IMG/VR virus record: IMGVR_UViG_3300046787_000408
Span: 124,001-188,000 of that record
Reading direction: 5' to 3' (one strand)
DNA: 64,000 nt
The notes under the pieces are model-generated. The model was not told where the DNA came from, ran no database searches, and saw only the letters and a program-made list of their open reading frames with translations. Shown here in pieces: positions 10,150-19,150 of this stretch; within the stretch, counting starts at the first letter, position 1; each line of letters starts with the position of its first letter. Made by a program: the position numbers and the translations under genes.

Positions 10150-11297
10150 TTGACAATAAAATTTTAGAAATCCTTGATAGAGAAGCACAACGGCAAGATA
10201 CTACTATTGAACTGATTGCCAGCGAAAACTTTGCCAGCAAAGAAGTTATGCAACTATCCGGTAGCATCTTTACCAACAAGTACGCAGAAGGTATTCCAGG
10301 CAAGCGTTACTACAATGGCTGCGAGTATGTTGACCAAGTAGAAAACTTGGCTATTGAATACGCTACAAAACTATTCAACTGTGCCTACGCCAATGTGCAA
10401 CCACACTCAGGTGCCAACGCTAACCTAGCAGTGTTCAAAGCTTTCCTAAAGCCAGGCGACTGTGTGTTGGGTATGGACTTGGCTTCAGGTGGACATCTAA
10501 GTCACGGTGCCAAGGTCAACGTGAGCGGTGCATGGTTTGATGCCATCAGTTACGGTGTAGACAACAACGGCTTTATTGATTATCATGCTGTACAAGAAAT
10601 GGCTTCTTTTGCTAAACCCAAAATGATTGTGGCCGGAGCAAGTGCATATAGTCAAGTGATTGACTGGGCTCGCTTTCGCAAGATTGCAGACTCAGTTGAT
10701 GCGATTCTAGTAGCAGACGTAAGTCATTACTCAGGACTGATTGCAGGTGGAGAGTATCCAAGCCCATTCCCTTACGCTGATGTAGTTACATCTACCACAC
10801 ACAAGACCCTGCGTGGGCCACGTGGCGGTATCATATTGTGGAACAATGATGACTACACCAAGAAGCTTAACGGCGCAGTGTTTCCAGGCACACAAGGTGG
10901 GCCACTAATGCACATCATTGCAGCCAAAGCACAATGTTTCTATGAAGCACTACAGCCAGAGTTCAAACTGTATGCCAAACGCATTCGTATCAATGCACAC
11001 GCCATGGCACAAGCATTTCTAGATGCAGACGTTGATGTAGTAAGCGGTGGCACACAATGCCATATGTTCACAGTAGATCTACGCAAAGAGCAGCTGAGTG
11101 GTCGCGAATACGCTGACCTGCTTGAAGCACATGGTATCACTGCTAACAAGAACGGGGTGCCTGGTGAGACTCGTAGTTTTGTAGAAACATCAGGAGTACG
11201 GATTGGCGTAGCAGCCGAAACTACTCGCGGCCATGATGAAGCATGGTTTAAAGAATTAGCTGCCAAAATGGTAGCTATTCTGCGTAATGGAAAGTAA
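10146..11297 (+). CDS. glyA: Serine hydroxymethyltransferase
   Basis: LIASEN, NKYAEG.PGKRYY, QPHSG, GGHLSHG, PLP-Lys motif TTHKTLRGPRGG, PGTQGGPLMH. Confidence 0.97.
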   Translation: MIDNKILEILDREAQRQDTTIELIASENFASKEVMQLSGSIFTNKYAEGIPGKRYYNGCEYVDQVENLAIEYATKLFNCAYANVQPHSGANANLAVFKAFLKPGDCVLGMDLASGGHLSHGAKVNVSGAWFDAISYGVDNNGFIDYHAVQEMASFAKPKMIVAGASAYSQVIDWARFRKIADSVDAILVADVSHYSGLIAGGEYPSPFPYADVVTSTTHKTLRGPRGGIILWNNDDYTKKLNGAVFPGTQGGPLMHIIAAKAQCFYEALQPEFKLYAKRIRINAHAMAQAFLDADVDVVSGGTQCHMFTVDLRKEQLSGREYADLLEAHGITANKNGVPGETRSFVETSGVRIGVAAETTRGHDEAWFKELAAKMVAILRNGK

Positions 11298-11312
11298 AAT
11301 AAAGAGAATAAC

Positions 11313-12413
11313 ATGAGCAAACAACAATACAACCTAGCCGCCAAGACTGACTATTTGAATCGCAAGATGTTTCTAGATCCAGCTGGCCCAGTTACCATTC
11401 AACGTTTTGAAGAAGTCAAGTACAACAAGCTGGCCAAGTTTGAACAAGAAGCACGTGGATTCTTTTGGGTGCCAGAAGAAGTCAGCTTGACCAAAGATTC
11501 GCAAGATTTTAAAGATGCTAGTGACACTGTCAAGCACATCTTTACATCAAACCTGTTGCGTCAAACAGCATTAGACAGTTTTCAAGGTCGTGGCCCTACT
11601 CAGATTTTCTTACCTGTAGTTAGTCTTCCTGAATTGGAAGCATTGATGTTGAATTGGGGCTTCTTTGAAACCAACATTCACAGTCGCAGTTACAGTCACA
11701 TCATTCGTAACATCTACAACGTGCCCAAGGAAGTATTCAATACTATTCATGACACACAAGAGATTGTGGACATGGCCAGCTCAGTGGGCAAGTACTACAA
11801 TGACCTGCATACAATCAACTGCCGCAAGGAAGTGGGCGAGACAGTTACCGAACAAGAACACATTGATGCTATTTGGTTGGCATTGAACGCTAGCTATGCA
11901 CTAGAAGCTTTCCGCTTCATGGTCAGCTTTGCAACAAGTTTGGCCATGGTTGAAAACCGTATCTTTATCGGCAACGGAAACATCATCAGTTTGATTTTAC
12001 AAGACGAGATCGGACACAAAGACTGGACAGCTTGGATTATCAACCAAGTGGTCAAGGAAGATCCTCGTTTTGCTGCTGCCAAGATCCGTTGCGAAGCTGA
12101 AGTTTACCAAATGTATCTGGATGTTATCCGTGAAGAAAAGGACTGGGCTAAGTACCTGTTCAAACACGGTCCGGTGATTGGTCTCAACGCCAACATCTTG
12201 ATTGACTTTGTGGACTACACTGCCAAGAACGCCTTGCATGAGATTGGCATCAAGTATCTTGAACTAGCACCAAAGTCCACACCTATTCCTTGGTTCAACA
12301 AACACGTGGACACCAGCAAGAAACAAACTGCACTGCAAGAGAACGAAAGTACTAACTATGTTATCGGCGTCATGAGTGACTCGCTTGATTATGATGAATT
12401 GCCAAGTCTTTAA
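11313..12413 (+). CDS. nrdB: Ribonucleotide reductase class Ia beta subunit
   Basis: FFWVPEEV, ETNIHSRSY (radical Tyr), EAFRF, QDEIGH diiron ligands. Confidence 0.96.
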   Translation: MSKQQYNLAAKTDYLNRKMFLDPAGPVTIQRFEEVKYNKLAKFEQEARGFFWVPEEVSLTKDSQDFKDASDTVKHIFTSNLLRQTALDSFQGRGPTQIFLPVVSLPELEALMLNWGFFETNIHSRSYSHIIRNIYNVPKEVFNTIHDTQEIVDMASSVGKYYNDLHTINCRKEVGETVTEQEHIDAIWLALNASYALEAFRFMVSFATSLAMVENRIFIGNGNIISLILQDEIGHKDWTAWIINQVVKEDPRFAAAKIRCEAEVYQMYLDVIREEKDWAKYLFKHGPVIGLNANILIDFVDYTAKNALHEIGIKYLELAPKSTPIPWFNKHVDTSKKQTALQENESTNYVIGVMSDSLDYDELPSL

Positions 12414-12991
12414 TGTTTAAATTCAATGACGATTATTTTGCACACAAAATTCCAAATCTAGAACTGTGCAAAAGTATACTTGGGCCAGTCGAACATGCTA
12501 TAGAAATTGGCAGTCACGAAGGTCGGTCTGCTTGCTGGATCATGGAGAACATGTTGACCTCAACTGGTCAACTGTGTTGCATAGATCCATTCAACAGTTT
12601 GCCAACCAAGGCGTTGTTTGAGCAAAATATTGCACACGCTGCTGCCAGTGGCAAGCGTTATGAAACCATAGTAGATTACAGCTATGTGGGACTAGCAAGA
12701 TTGATAGCTCAACGTAGACAGTTTGATTTTATCTATATTGACGGCGCTCATCACAACTGTGAAGTTATTACTGATGCTGTAATGAGTTGGAAGTTGTTGA
12801 GAGATGGGGGTATCATGGTATTCGATGACTATTTTCCTCTAACTGATGGCATGATCCCACCTAGTCCCAAGGCAGCAATTGATTCGTTTCAAGACCTGTT
12901 TTCCAAAGACTTTGAATTGCTGTTTGCTAACACTCAAGTTGGCGTAAGAAAATTTGTTAACGAGCGAGGAGATTTTTATGCAAGTGAATGA
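12413..12991 (+). CDS. Class I SAM-dependent methyltransferase (Methyltransf_24-like)
   Basis: IEIGSHEGRS, FDFIYIDGAH, LRDGGIMVFDDY. Confidence 0.85.
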   Translation: MFKFNDDYFAHKIPNLELCKSILGPVEHAIEIGSHEGRSACWIMENMLTSTGQLCCIDPFNSLPTKALFEQNIAHAAASGKRYETIVDYSYVGLARLIAQRRQFDFIYIDGAHHNCEVITDAVMSWKLLRDGGIMVFDDYFPLTDGMIPPSPKAAIDSFQDLFSKDFELLFANTQVGVRKFVNERGDFYASE

Positions 12992-13388
12992 TGAATGGTT
13001 TAAGGACGGGTTCCAAACTTATAAACACCCTACCCCAATCAGTTACACAACTGCTACTGATAACGGCACAGTAGATACACTAGAAGGACCTGTGGATTAC
13101 ACAGTGGGCCACAAGATTATTACAGGCCCCAAAGGCGAGAAGTATCCTGTTAGCCCTATCAAGTTTAACGCCTACTATAACGACAACAGTGATGGCACAG
13201 CAACACCCAAGAAGATCATGAAAGTTGCAAAGCTTGCTGACCATGACGGTGTTGTGCGAGCGTCATGGGGCAACTTGGAATACACTCGCGGTAATGACTA
13301 CATTGTGAAACACGGGCCTGGTGACTACGGTGTTGTCAAAACAGATATATTTGCAAAAACTTACGATAAATCAAAAGAAGGAAATTGA
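12978..13388 (+). CDS. PGDYG-motif protein with internal duplication
   Basis: TLEGPVDY...IITGPKGEKYPV and ASWGNLEY...YIVKHGPGDYGVV repeats; GAGGAG SD. Confidence 0.7.
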   Translation: MQVNDEWFKDGFQTYKHPTPISYTTATDNGTVDTLEGPVDYTVGHKIITGPKGEKYPVSPIKFNAYYNDNSDGTATPKKIMKVAKLADHDGVVRASWGNLEYTRGNDYIVKHGPGDYGVVKTDIFAKTYDKSKEGN

Positions 13389-13389
13389 A

Positions 13390-13611
13390 ATGAAAGCTAT
13401 TGTATGGAGCAAGGACCAGTGTCCTTATTGTGTTCAAGCCAAGAGTCTATTAGAGAGCCGTGGTATTGAATACGAAGAACGTAATGTGTCCAAAGACTGG
13501 ACCCGAGAACAACTATTAGAAGCTGTGCCAACAGCTCGAACACTACCACAGATCTTCCTAGACGAAGAACATGTGGGCGGATTTACTGAACTTAGAAAGA
13601 AACTAGCATAA
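13390..13611 (+). CDS. grx: Glutaredoxin
   Basis: CPYC active site, TLPQIF, VGGF. Confidence 0.95.
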   Translation: MKAIVWSKDQCPYCVQAKSLLESRGIEYEERNVSKDWTREQLLEAVPTARTLPQIFLDEEHVGGFTELRKKLA

Positions 13612-13916
13612 TGCAAATAGCACTCGAACACAATCAAGTATACACATTCAAAATGAACTCTGGCGAAGAAATGGTTGCCAAAGTAAAAATGTCCGGTGGC
13701 GACTGGATCACTGTAGAAGAACCAGTAAGTATTGCTCCGGGTCCACAAGGCATGGGTCTAGTACCTAGTTTGTTCACCGCAGATCCCAAGGAAGAAATCA
13801 AACTAAATACCAATAGCGTGTCTCTTGTGTCTAAAACAGATGATTCAGTCAAGATGAAATACTTAGAGGCCACAACAGGTATTAAAGTACCTGAAAAGAA
13901 ACTGATACTAGGATAA
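13611..13916 (+). CDS. Small Sm-like-fold phage protein
   Basis: TFKMNSGEEMVAK and beta-rich pattern typical of the conserved phage gene next to grx. Confidence 0.55.
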   Translation: MQIALEHNQVYTFKMNSGEEMVAKVKMSGGDWITVEEPVSIAPGPQGMGLVPSLFTADPKEEIKLNTNSVSLVSKTDDSVKMKYLEATTGIKVPEKKLILG

Positions 13917-13917
13917 C

Positions 13918-14217
13918 ATGCCAGCAGCACAGCGTCGTGGTGATTTAAATGCAGGAGAAGGAGCAGCTCAAGGCGGAGTCGGCTCAGTACGTGTGAATAA
14001 TCTTCCAATTATGATCCCTAATCAGCCTGTGACTGCACATCCTCCTTATGGAAAAAAAGGAGCAAAAACAGTGCATAATGACGGGAGTCAAAAAACAGCT
14101 GGCGGCGTTGCATCTGTTAGAGCTGGTAACAAACCAGTAGTAGTAACCACCAACAAAGACACATGCGGACATGCTCGAGTTGGTGGGTCGCCCAATGTGT
14201 TTGTGGGTGGTCGCTAA
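13918..14217 (+). CDS. PAAR-like tail spike tip protein
   Basis: MPAAQRRGD start, VTAHPP, DTCGH, GSPNVFVG. Confidence 0.85.
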   Translation: MPAAQRRGDLNAGEGAAQGGVGSVRVNNLPIMIPNQPVTAHPPYGKKGAKTVHNDGSQKTAGGVASVRAGNKPVVVTTNKDTCGHARVGGSPNVFVGGR

Positions 14218-16808
14218 TGAGTTATACCCCACTGCAACTGATAGCAGGAGCAGGCGTGCTGGCCAATGTTGGCATTGCTAAACCTGTAGCACTGACCAGT
14301 TCAGTGGCATCTTATTTGTCATTGGCTTTTGTTGAAAACTTGATTGACACAGTATCGTTGGCCAATACCTGGGGAGTTAGTAACAGCATTGTGACCACAC
14401 TACAAACTCTGAGTGCTAACACTTGTCCTGCATTAAGTGCTAGTATTCCCACTGCCTATGCTAACACTGTGGTAAGTGTGCAGGAAGATCCTATTATTCC
14501 TGTGGTAGTTACCGGCGGCTTTGGAAACTTGATCATAAACACTGCTGATAGATATTTAGGCAACGGAGACTTGAGTCAATTTGCCGGGGTGTTTTCGGCC
14601 GCAGTAGGATATCAACAGCAAAGTACTGAATTGATCTACAGTGCAGTAAACGCTACTACATATCTTGGTCCTTCATTCACCAACATGACCAATTTGATCA
14701 CTTGCGACATGACTGGAGTATCTCTTGCACTGCCTGCCTTGGCATCTGATCTTGCACACTTGGGCAATGCATATGGCCTTGGTGAAATTGATCTAGTGCT
14801 TACACCTGCAGGATTGTTGCAACAACTGTCTAGGCAAGCTGGAATTGCACAAGGTACTATTCCTTCTGTTGAAATAGCCTTGCTGGCAGCAGGCCTTACA
14901 CCTGACGAAATTGATCAATTGGCTACTCCATCAGGCACACAAACGTTGACTCTGACAGAATTTGACGTGTTGCAAAAGAAAGCTTATCAGGGCATGCGCC
15001 AAGTCACAGGGGAAGGGCTACAGAATGTCTTGGACATACTAAGCGTTACCACACCTGGATTTGACTCTACCAACCCGTTGGTAAACATGAGTCAATTGCT
15101 GGACCCTGTACAAATATTCCCTGACAGCTATCCCTCTTTGTTGACTCCAACAGCCAGCGGATCTGCACTGATATACCAAGCTGACGCCACAATCAACCCT
15201 GCTATCATTGTTCAGAATCCAACTGGCTGCGACCAGCTGGCCAAGATTATTCCTCCGGACCAAGCAGTGGCCACAAGAGCAGTGGTAGCATCCTTGAGCC
15301 AGATCAAAGGAATTGAAAACATTGACCTGCCAGAACTGGCAGAGGCAGCGGCCAAGATTGAAACACTTAAAGGACTGCCGTTGGTGCAAGACTTGACTCA
15401 GCCAGTGCCAAGTACCACAACGACCTACTATCAAGGTTCTTTTGCTACAGGCACAGGAGAATTTGGTACCTTTACCATCAACGACTTGTTGGGTATTGCA
15501 TCAGGAGCTGGTGTGGCTGATCTAATGAGTGAAGTTACTGCAACTCTAAACTCCATGACACTGACCAGTTTGACCAGCATCTATTCTAACATGCTTGATA
15601 CTGTGCAAGGCGACTACGGTACATTTGCAGGGCCAGTGACTATTCCTAGTGGCCCGGCTGCAGGAGTGTATGCGGATGGTAATGATGCATTCACAACCGG
15701 CTTGATTCCAGCAGCCAATACCATAATTACTGGATTGATTTCCACGTACCCAGTAGAAACCACAACACTAAACTCAGCGTTCAACTCAATCTGTCAACAA
15801 ATTGAAACTGAAGGTGAGAACCAAAGTCGTGCTGGCATAAACTATGACGGTGTAACGCCGAATAGTCAAACCAGTGTGTTGAGTTTTGTGGGCGGCCTGG
15901 CACAGTACGGACAAAGTGATTCTCCCGGCGGCCCAGCTGAGTTTTTGAACACTGTGGCTGACACCAGTTACTTGAGTGGCCAAGCCATTGTGGGTGCATT
16001 GCGCGAAGGTAGAAATAATGCTGCATTGAACACTGCTGGAATCACTGCTATCAATCAAGTGCCAGGTACATGGCCAGGACCTGCTGATGTGGGATCTTCT
16101 GCTACAGTGATAACTGATCAAGTACCAGCACTGGCTCCACCAACTCCACTACCAGCACCTGAGTTTCAAACTCCTGAAAGTTCATTGTCCACTGACTACT
16201 CAGTAGCACAGGCAATAGATCCAACTGCCCCAATGCCAACTCAACAAGTTGCGATTTTGGGTATCAATGGCACTACAAATGCCACGGTGTTGGCTGCACA
16301 GTCATTTTTGTTGCAGGTGAGAATACTGCCAGCAGATAATAGTTTAACAGCAGTGATATCATCTTCAGCATCTGCAACCACTATGTCTGTCCGTGTAATT
16401 GACGCTGCGGCACTAGAAGGTGGAGTGTATTATTCAGTACCTGGATGGATGATTCCTACTTCAGGACTAGCAACTATCACAATCACTGTTGGTAGTGCGC
16501 AGGCCAGTACCTTGGTAAATGCAGTGGCCTCTATCACAACTGAATCAGTCACTGTAAACCAGACTGGCTGGTTCAACACACCCAACAACATTGCCAGCGG
16601 TAGCACCGCGGTGTTGACTATTACTGGTACCGCACTAGCAGCATATACCTATTCTGGTGCGTTTGGCAGCGGATCTGGCACATTGGACTCATCGGGTCAG
16701 GCCACAGTGTCTGGTCTTGCGGCACCACCAGTGGGCACTTACCAGATACAAGTAACGTATCCGGCTACAGGGAATGTGGTAACACAATTGTTTGCAGTGC
16801 ATGGTTGA
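14217..16808 (+). CDS. Large virion structural protein (baseplate/tail associated), C-terminal Ig-like beta domains
   Basis: T/G/A/S-rich ~860 aa, TAATG-coupled to the PAAR gene; start 14217 preferred. Confidence 0.6.
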   Translation: MSYTPLQLIAGAGVLANVGIAKPVALTSSVASYLSLAFVENLIDTVSLANTWGVSNSIVTTLQTLSANTCPALSASIPTAYANTVVSVQEDPIIPVVVTGGFGNLIINTADRYLGNGDLSQFAGVFSAAVGYQQQSTELIYSAVNATTYLGPSFTNMTNLITCDMTGVSLALPALASDLAHLGNAYGLGEIDLVLTPAGLLQQLSRQAGIAQGTIPSVEIALLAAGLTPDEIDQLATPSGTQTLTLTEFDVLQKKAYQGMRQVTGEGLQNVLDILSVTTPGFDSTNPLVNMSQLLDPVQIFPDSYPSLLTPTASGSALIYQADATINPAIIVQNPTGCDQLAKIIPPDQAVATRAVVASLSQIKGIENIDLPELAEAAAKIETLKGLPLVQDLTQPVPSTTTTYYQGSFATGTGEFGTFTINDLLGIASGAGVADLMSEVTATLNSMTLTSLTSIYSNMLDTVQGDYGTFAGPVTIPSGPAAGVYADGNDAFTTGLIPAANTIITGLISTYPVETTTLNSAFNSICQQIETEGENQSRAGINYDGVTPNSQTSVLSFVGGLAQYGQSDSPGGPAEFLNTVADTSYLSGQAIVGALREGRNNAALNTAGITAINQVPGTWPGPADVGSSATVITDQVPALAPPTPLPAPEFQTPESSLSTDYSVAQAIDPTAPMPTQQVAILGINGTTNATVLAAQSFLLQVRILPADNSLTAVISSSASATTMSVRVIDAAALEGGVYYSVPGWMIPTSGLATITITVGSAQASTLVNAVASITTESVTVNQTGWFNTPNNIASGSTAVLTITGTALAAYTYSGAFGSGSGTLDSSGQATVSGLAAPPVGTYQIQVTYPATGNVVTQLFAVHG

Positions 16809-16810
16809 TT

Positions 16811-16839
16811 AAAAAGTAGTACTTGAGTACTACTTTTTT
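16811..16839. promoter_or_regulatory. Dyad element AAAAAGTAGTAC-TTGA-GTACTACTTTTT (two GTANTAC heptamers)
   Basis: Perfect 12-bp inverted repeat; its second heptamer ends 10 bp upstream of a -35 box; variants at 18416, 36522, 45433, 62351, 63260. Confidence 0.7.
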
Positions 16840-16843
16840 TTGG

Positions 16844-16872
16844 TTGACTCAAAATTCCCAATTTGCTATAAT
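16844..16872 (+). promoter_or_regulatory. sigma70-type early promoter (leaderless)
   Basis: TTGACT-17bp-TATAAT, ATG 6 nt downstream. Confidence 0.88.
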
Positions 16873-16878
16873 TAGGGT

Positions 16879-17079
16879 ATGAAAAATGCAACATTGAACC
16901 GCCCAGAACTACTGAACGAATTTGAAGTCATCCTAGTAGGGGACTACATGGAAAAGAATCATCCCAATGTCTTGTACACAATGACACCCGGAAACAACTG
17001 TATTTGGGTGTACTACGGAAGTATTAACATGTACTTTGTGTTTCGTGACGGAAAAATTGCTGACATTCAAATTGACTAA
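16879..17079 (+). CDS. Hypothetical protein
   Basis: 66 aa directly behind a promoter. Confidence 0.7.
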   Translation: MKNATLNRPELLNEFEVILVGDYMEKNHPNVLYTMTPGNNCIWVYYGSINMYFVFRDGKIADIQID

Positions 17080-17082
17080 AAC

Positions 17083-17142
17083 GGTTGACCAAAAATGCCC
17101 AATTTGCTATAATATACACATAGCAAAGCAAAACAGGAGTTG
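17083..17142 (+). repeat. 60-bp promoter-leader-RBS cassette, copy 1
   Basis: GGTTGACCAAAAATGCCCAATTTGCTATAATATACACATAGCAAAGCAAAACAGGAGTTG; near-identical copies at 18447, 45464, 63292. Confidence 0.9.
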
Positions 17143-17433
17143 ATGATGAGCAAAGCAGATCACACAGTTTACATCTACAAAACAGATCGTCGCACCAAGT
17201 CAGGCGAACGTCTGGTCAGCACTAGTGTTTGGCGCAACCGTGATGCTGCCGAAATGAAGCGCGAAGTCCGGGAACTGCAATACGAACTGTGGCCAGTGAG
17301 CAAGGGGTTCCGTATTGAGTTTCACCCCACAATGAAGACTGTGAAGAACTTGATGACTGGTGCAGACGTACAAATTGATCGCGACACACCCTGGTGTTGC
17401 AACCCAGCATCAGAATCTTACTGGAGCATGTAA
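17143..17433 (+). CDS. Hypothetical phage early protein
   Basis: Behind cassette; C-terminal KNLMTGADVQIDRDTPWCCNPASESYWSM. Confidence 0.75.
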   Translation: MMSKADHTVYIYKTDRRTKSGERLVSTSVWRNRDAAEMKREVRELQYELWPVSKGFRIEFHPTMKTVKNLMTGADVQIDRDTPWCCNPASESYWSM

Positions 17434-17434
17434 A

Positions 17435-17581
17435 ATGATGGACCATTTTGTTGTGCGTTATATTCCCGGGGGCATGAGCTTGTATCACAGTGGATACTGG
17501 TTGTGCCGACTGTGGGACTTGAGCAATGGCACAGTTCACGAAGCTCCTATTAAAATGTTGCAAAAGGCAGACTACAAATGA
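17435..17581 (+). CDS. Small hypothetical protein
   Basis: 48 aa, GGAG SD, ATGA-coupled downstream. Confidence 0.55.
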   Translation: MMDHFVVRYIPGGMSLYHSGYWLCRLWDLSNGTVHEAPIKMLQKADYK

Positions 17582-17727
17582 ATGAGAAGCAAATTGAAGC
17601 CTTGTTTGAATGGTTAGATCATCAAACATACAGTGGAGAACCCGGCACTGATGGTGAATACATTCGCATGGAAGAAATGCGTCAGTACCTACCCGAAGCA
17701 ATTAAGAAAATTATGGAGCAGGAATGA
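17578..17727 (+). CDS. Small hypothetical protein (below the ORF-track cutoff)
   Basis: MNEKQIEALFEWLDHQ...KIMEQE*, 49 aa, ATGA overlaps at both ends. Confidence 0.65.
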   Translation: MNEKQIEALFEWLDHQTYSGEPGTDGEYIRMEEMRQYLPEAIKKIMEQE

Positions 17728-17957
17728 ACGAACGAATTCGAGAACTTCGCCGACAGGCTACTTTAGTAGAAACATATACCTCTAACGACGGTTCAATTCA
17801 CGAAGGCAAGAGCGTGGATCTTGAAAAGTTCGCCGAGTTGATTGTGAAAGAATGTTTAACTTTTGTTGAGCCTATGCCAGGGTCAGGCGACATTGACGAT
17901 TTGGCATTGGAAGCGGCCCGTGAAGGTATTAAAGAACATTTCGGAGTTGAAGAATGA
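17724..17957 (+). CDS. MNERI...EKFAELIV family phage protein
   Basis: MNERIREL, EKFAELIVKEC, IKEHFGVEE; paralogue at 18238. Confidence 0.75.
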   Translation: MNERIRELRRQATLVETYTSNDGSIHEGKSVDLEKFAELIVKECLTFVEPMPGSGDIDDLALEAAREGIKEHFGVEE

Positions 17958-18082
17958 TTTCACTATTTTTATATTGTGCTCTAGGTGCTGCCCTGGCCGC
18001 TAGCGGTGTCAGCGTGATTGACAAGCCTTGGCAATTCTTGCTAATCCTGGCCATTGTGCTTGGCATTGACCACGCTCGTTGA
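17954..18082 (+). CDS. Small membrane protein (below cutoff)
   Basis: 42 aa, two hydrophobic segments, ATGA-coupled. Confidence 0.6.
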   Translation: MISLFLYCALGAALAASGVSVIDKPWQFLLILAIVLGIDHAR

Positions 18083-18091
18083 AGGATTAGA

Positions 18092-18241
18092 ATGAACTTG
18101 TGGACCATTATTGATGCTATCATCACAGCACCTGCTTGGATCGTGGGGCATATTGTACAATCGTATGTCAATGCCTACAAGCACGGTGGTGAATGCTATG
18201 TCAAAAACGTGCGAAAATATTGGATGGGCGGTGTCAAATGA
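18092..18241 (+). CDS. Small hypothetical protein (below cutoff)
   Basis: MNLWTIIDAIITAPAW..., 49 aa, AAGGA SD, ATGA-coupled downstream. Confidence 0.55.
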   Translation: MNLWTIIDAIITAPAWIVGHIVQSYVNAYKHGGECYVKNVRKYWMGGVK

Positions 18242-18423
18242 TGAACCAACGAATTCAAGAACTCATGACTCAAGCTGGCACAGACACCAGCGGCAAGTGG
18301 ATGAGCGTGGACAATGCTGAAAAATTTGCTGAACTGATCTTGCAAGAATGCTTGACCGTTGCACTTTACGGGGACGAACATGCTCAAGCGCGAATCAACA
18401 TAAAAACCCTGTTTCAAAAGTAG
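18238..18423 (+). CDS. MNQRI...EKFAELIL family phage protein
   Basis: Paralogue of 17724. Confidence 0.7.
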   Translation: MMNQRIQELMTQAGTDTSGKWMSVDNAEKFAELILQECLTVALYGDEHAQARINIKTLFQK

Positions 18424-18446
18424 TACTTGAGTACTACAAAATTTCT

Positions 18447-18506
18447 GGTTGACCAAAATTGCCCAATTTGTTATAATATACACATAGCAAAGCAAAACAG
18501 GAGTTG
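18447..18506 (+). repeat. 60-bp promoter-leader-RBS cassette, copy 2
   Basis: 58/60 identical to copy 1; TTGACC-17-TATAAT; preceded by the GTAGTAC-TTGA-GTACTAC dyad (18416-18437). Confidence 0.9.
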
Positions 18507-18508
18507 AA

Positions 18509-18865
18509 ATGACAGCCAAAGCACTCAAGAAGTTCACTGCAATCGCAGAGCAAGCCCAAGTACAAATCAACAAGTTCAAGGTGGAACTGGACAAGGATCC
18601 TGCTCATGCGCTGAGCTGGGGCAACGGTGTCTTCCAAAGTGCTGCCCGTCTCAAGGTAGCAGGCATGCTGGTGTATGCATTTACCGAACGTGAAGGCGAA
18701 GTTGTGTGTTCTGTAGAAGCTGCTCGTGAAACACTCCTGGATCGTGTGATGAACAAGGCACGCTACCCTGCCCAAAGCACCAGCCCTACCAGCAACCTGA
18801 TGGAACAGTACGAAGCTGCCGCTTATGCAGAAGCTCTGGACGAACTGCGATACTTCACTGAATAA
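18509..18865 (+). CDS. Hypothetical early protein
   Basis: 118 aa behind cassette. Confidence 0.75.
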   Translation: MTAKALKKFTAIAEQAQVQINKFKVELDKDPAHALSWGNGVFQSAARLKVAGMLVYAFTEREGEVVCSVEAARETLLDRVMNKARYPAQSTSPTSNLMEQYEAAAYAEALDELRYFTE

Positions 18866-18874
18866 GGAGTTGAA

Positions 18875-19150
18875 ATGACTAGCATCAAAGACGTTAATTC
18901 TGCAATCATGTTTGGTAACTTTACCAATACTGAACTCACCAGCATCATCGACGCTGTGAAATATGCTCGTGCTCAACTCACGCAGAAAACCAAACGCAGT
19001 CTCATGCTAGGTGACACTGTGAAGTTTACTAGCAACCGAAACGGTGTGACTTATCGTGGCACCGTTCGCAAAATTGCCATCAAGTTTGTGACAGTTGACA
19101 CTGGTCAAATGTTGTTCAAGGTTCCTGCTAACATGCTGGAGGCAGTGTAA
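18875..19150 (+). CDS. Hypothetical protein, C-terminal SH3/KOW-like beta region
   Basis: TAAGGAG SD; LGDTVKF...GTVRKI..KFVTV pattern. Confidence 0.7.
   Translation: MTSIKDVNSAIMFGNFTNTELTSIIDAVKYARAQLTQKTKRSLMLGDTVKFTSNRNGVTYRGTVRKIAIKFVTVDTGQMLFKVPANMLEAV

Noticed and set aside
17724-18423. Duplicated MNERI...EKFAEL genes as a novel system
   Set aside because: This is a common multicopy small phage protein pattern, and nothing else at the locus suggests a function.
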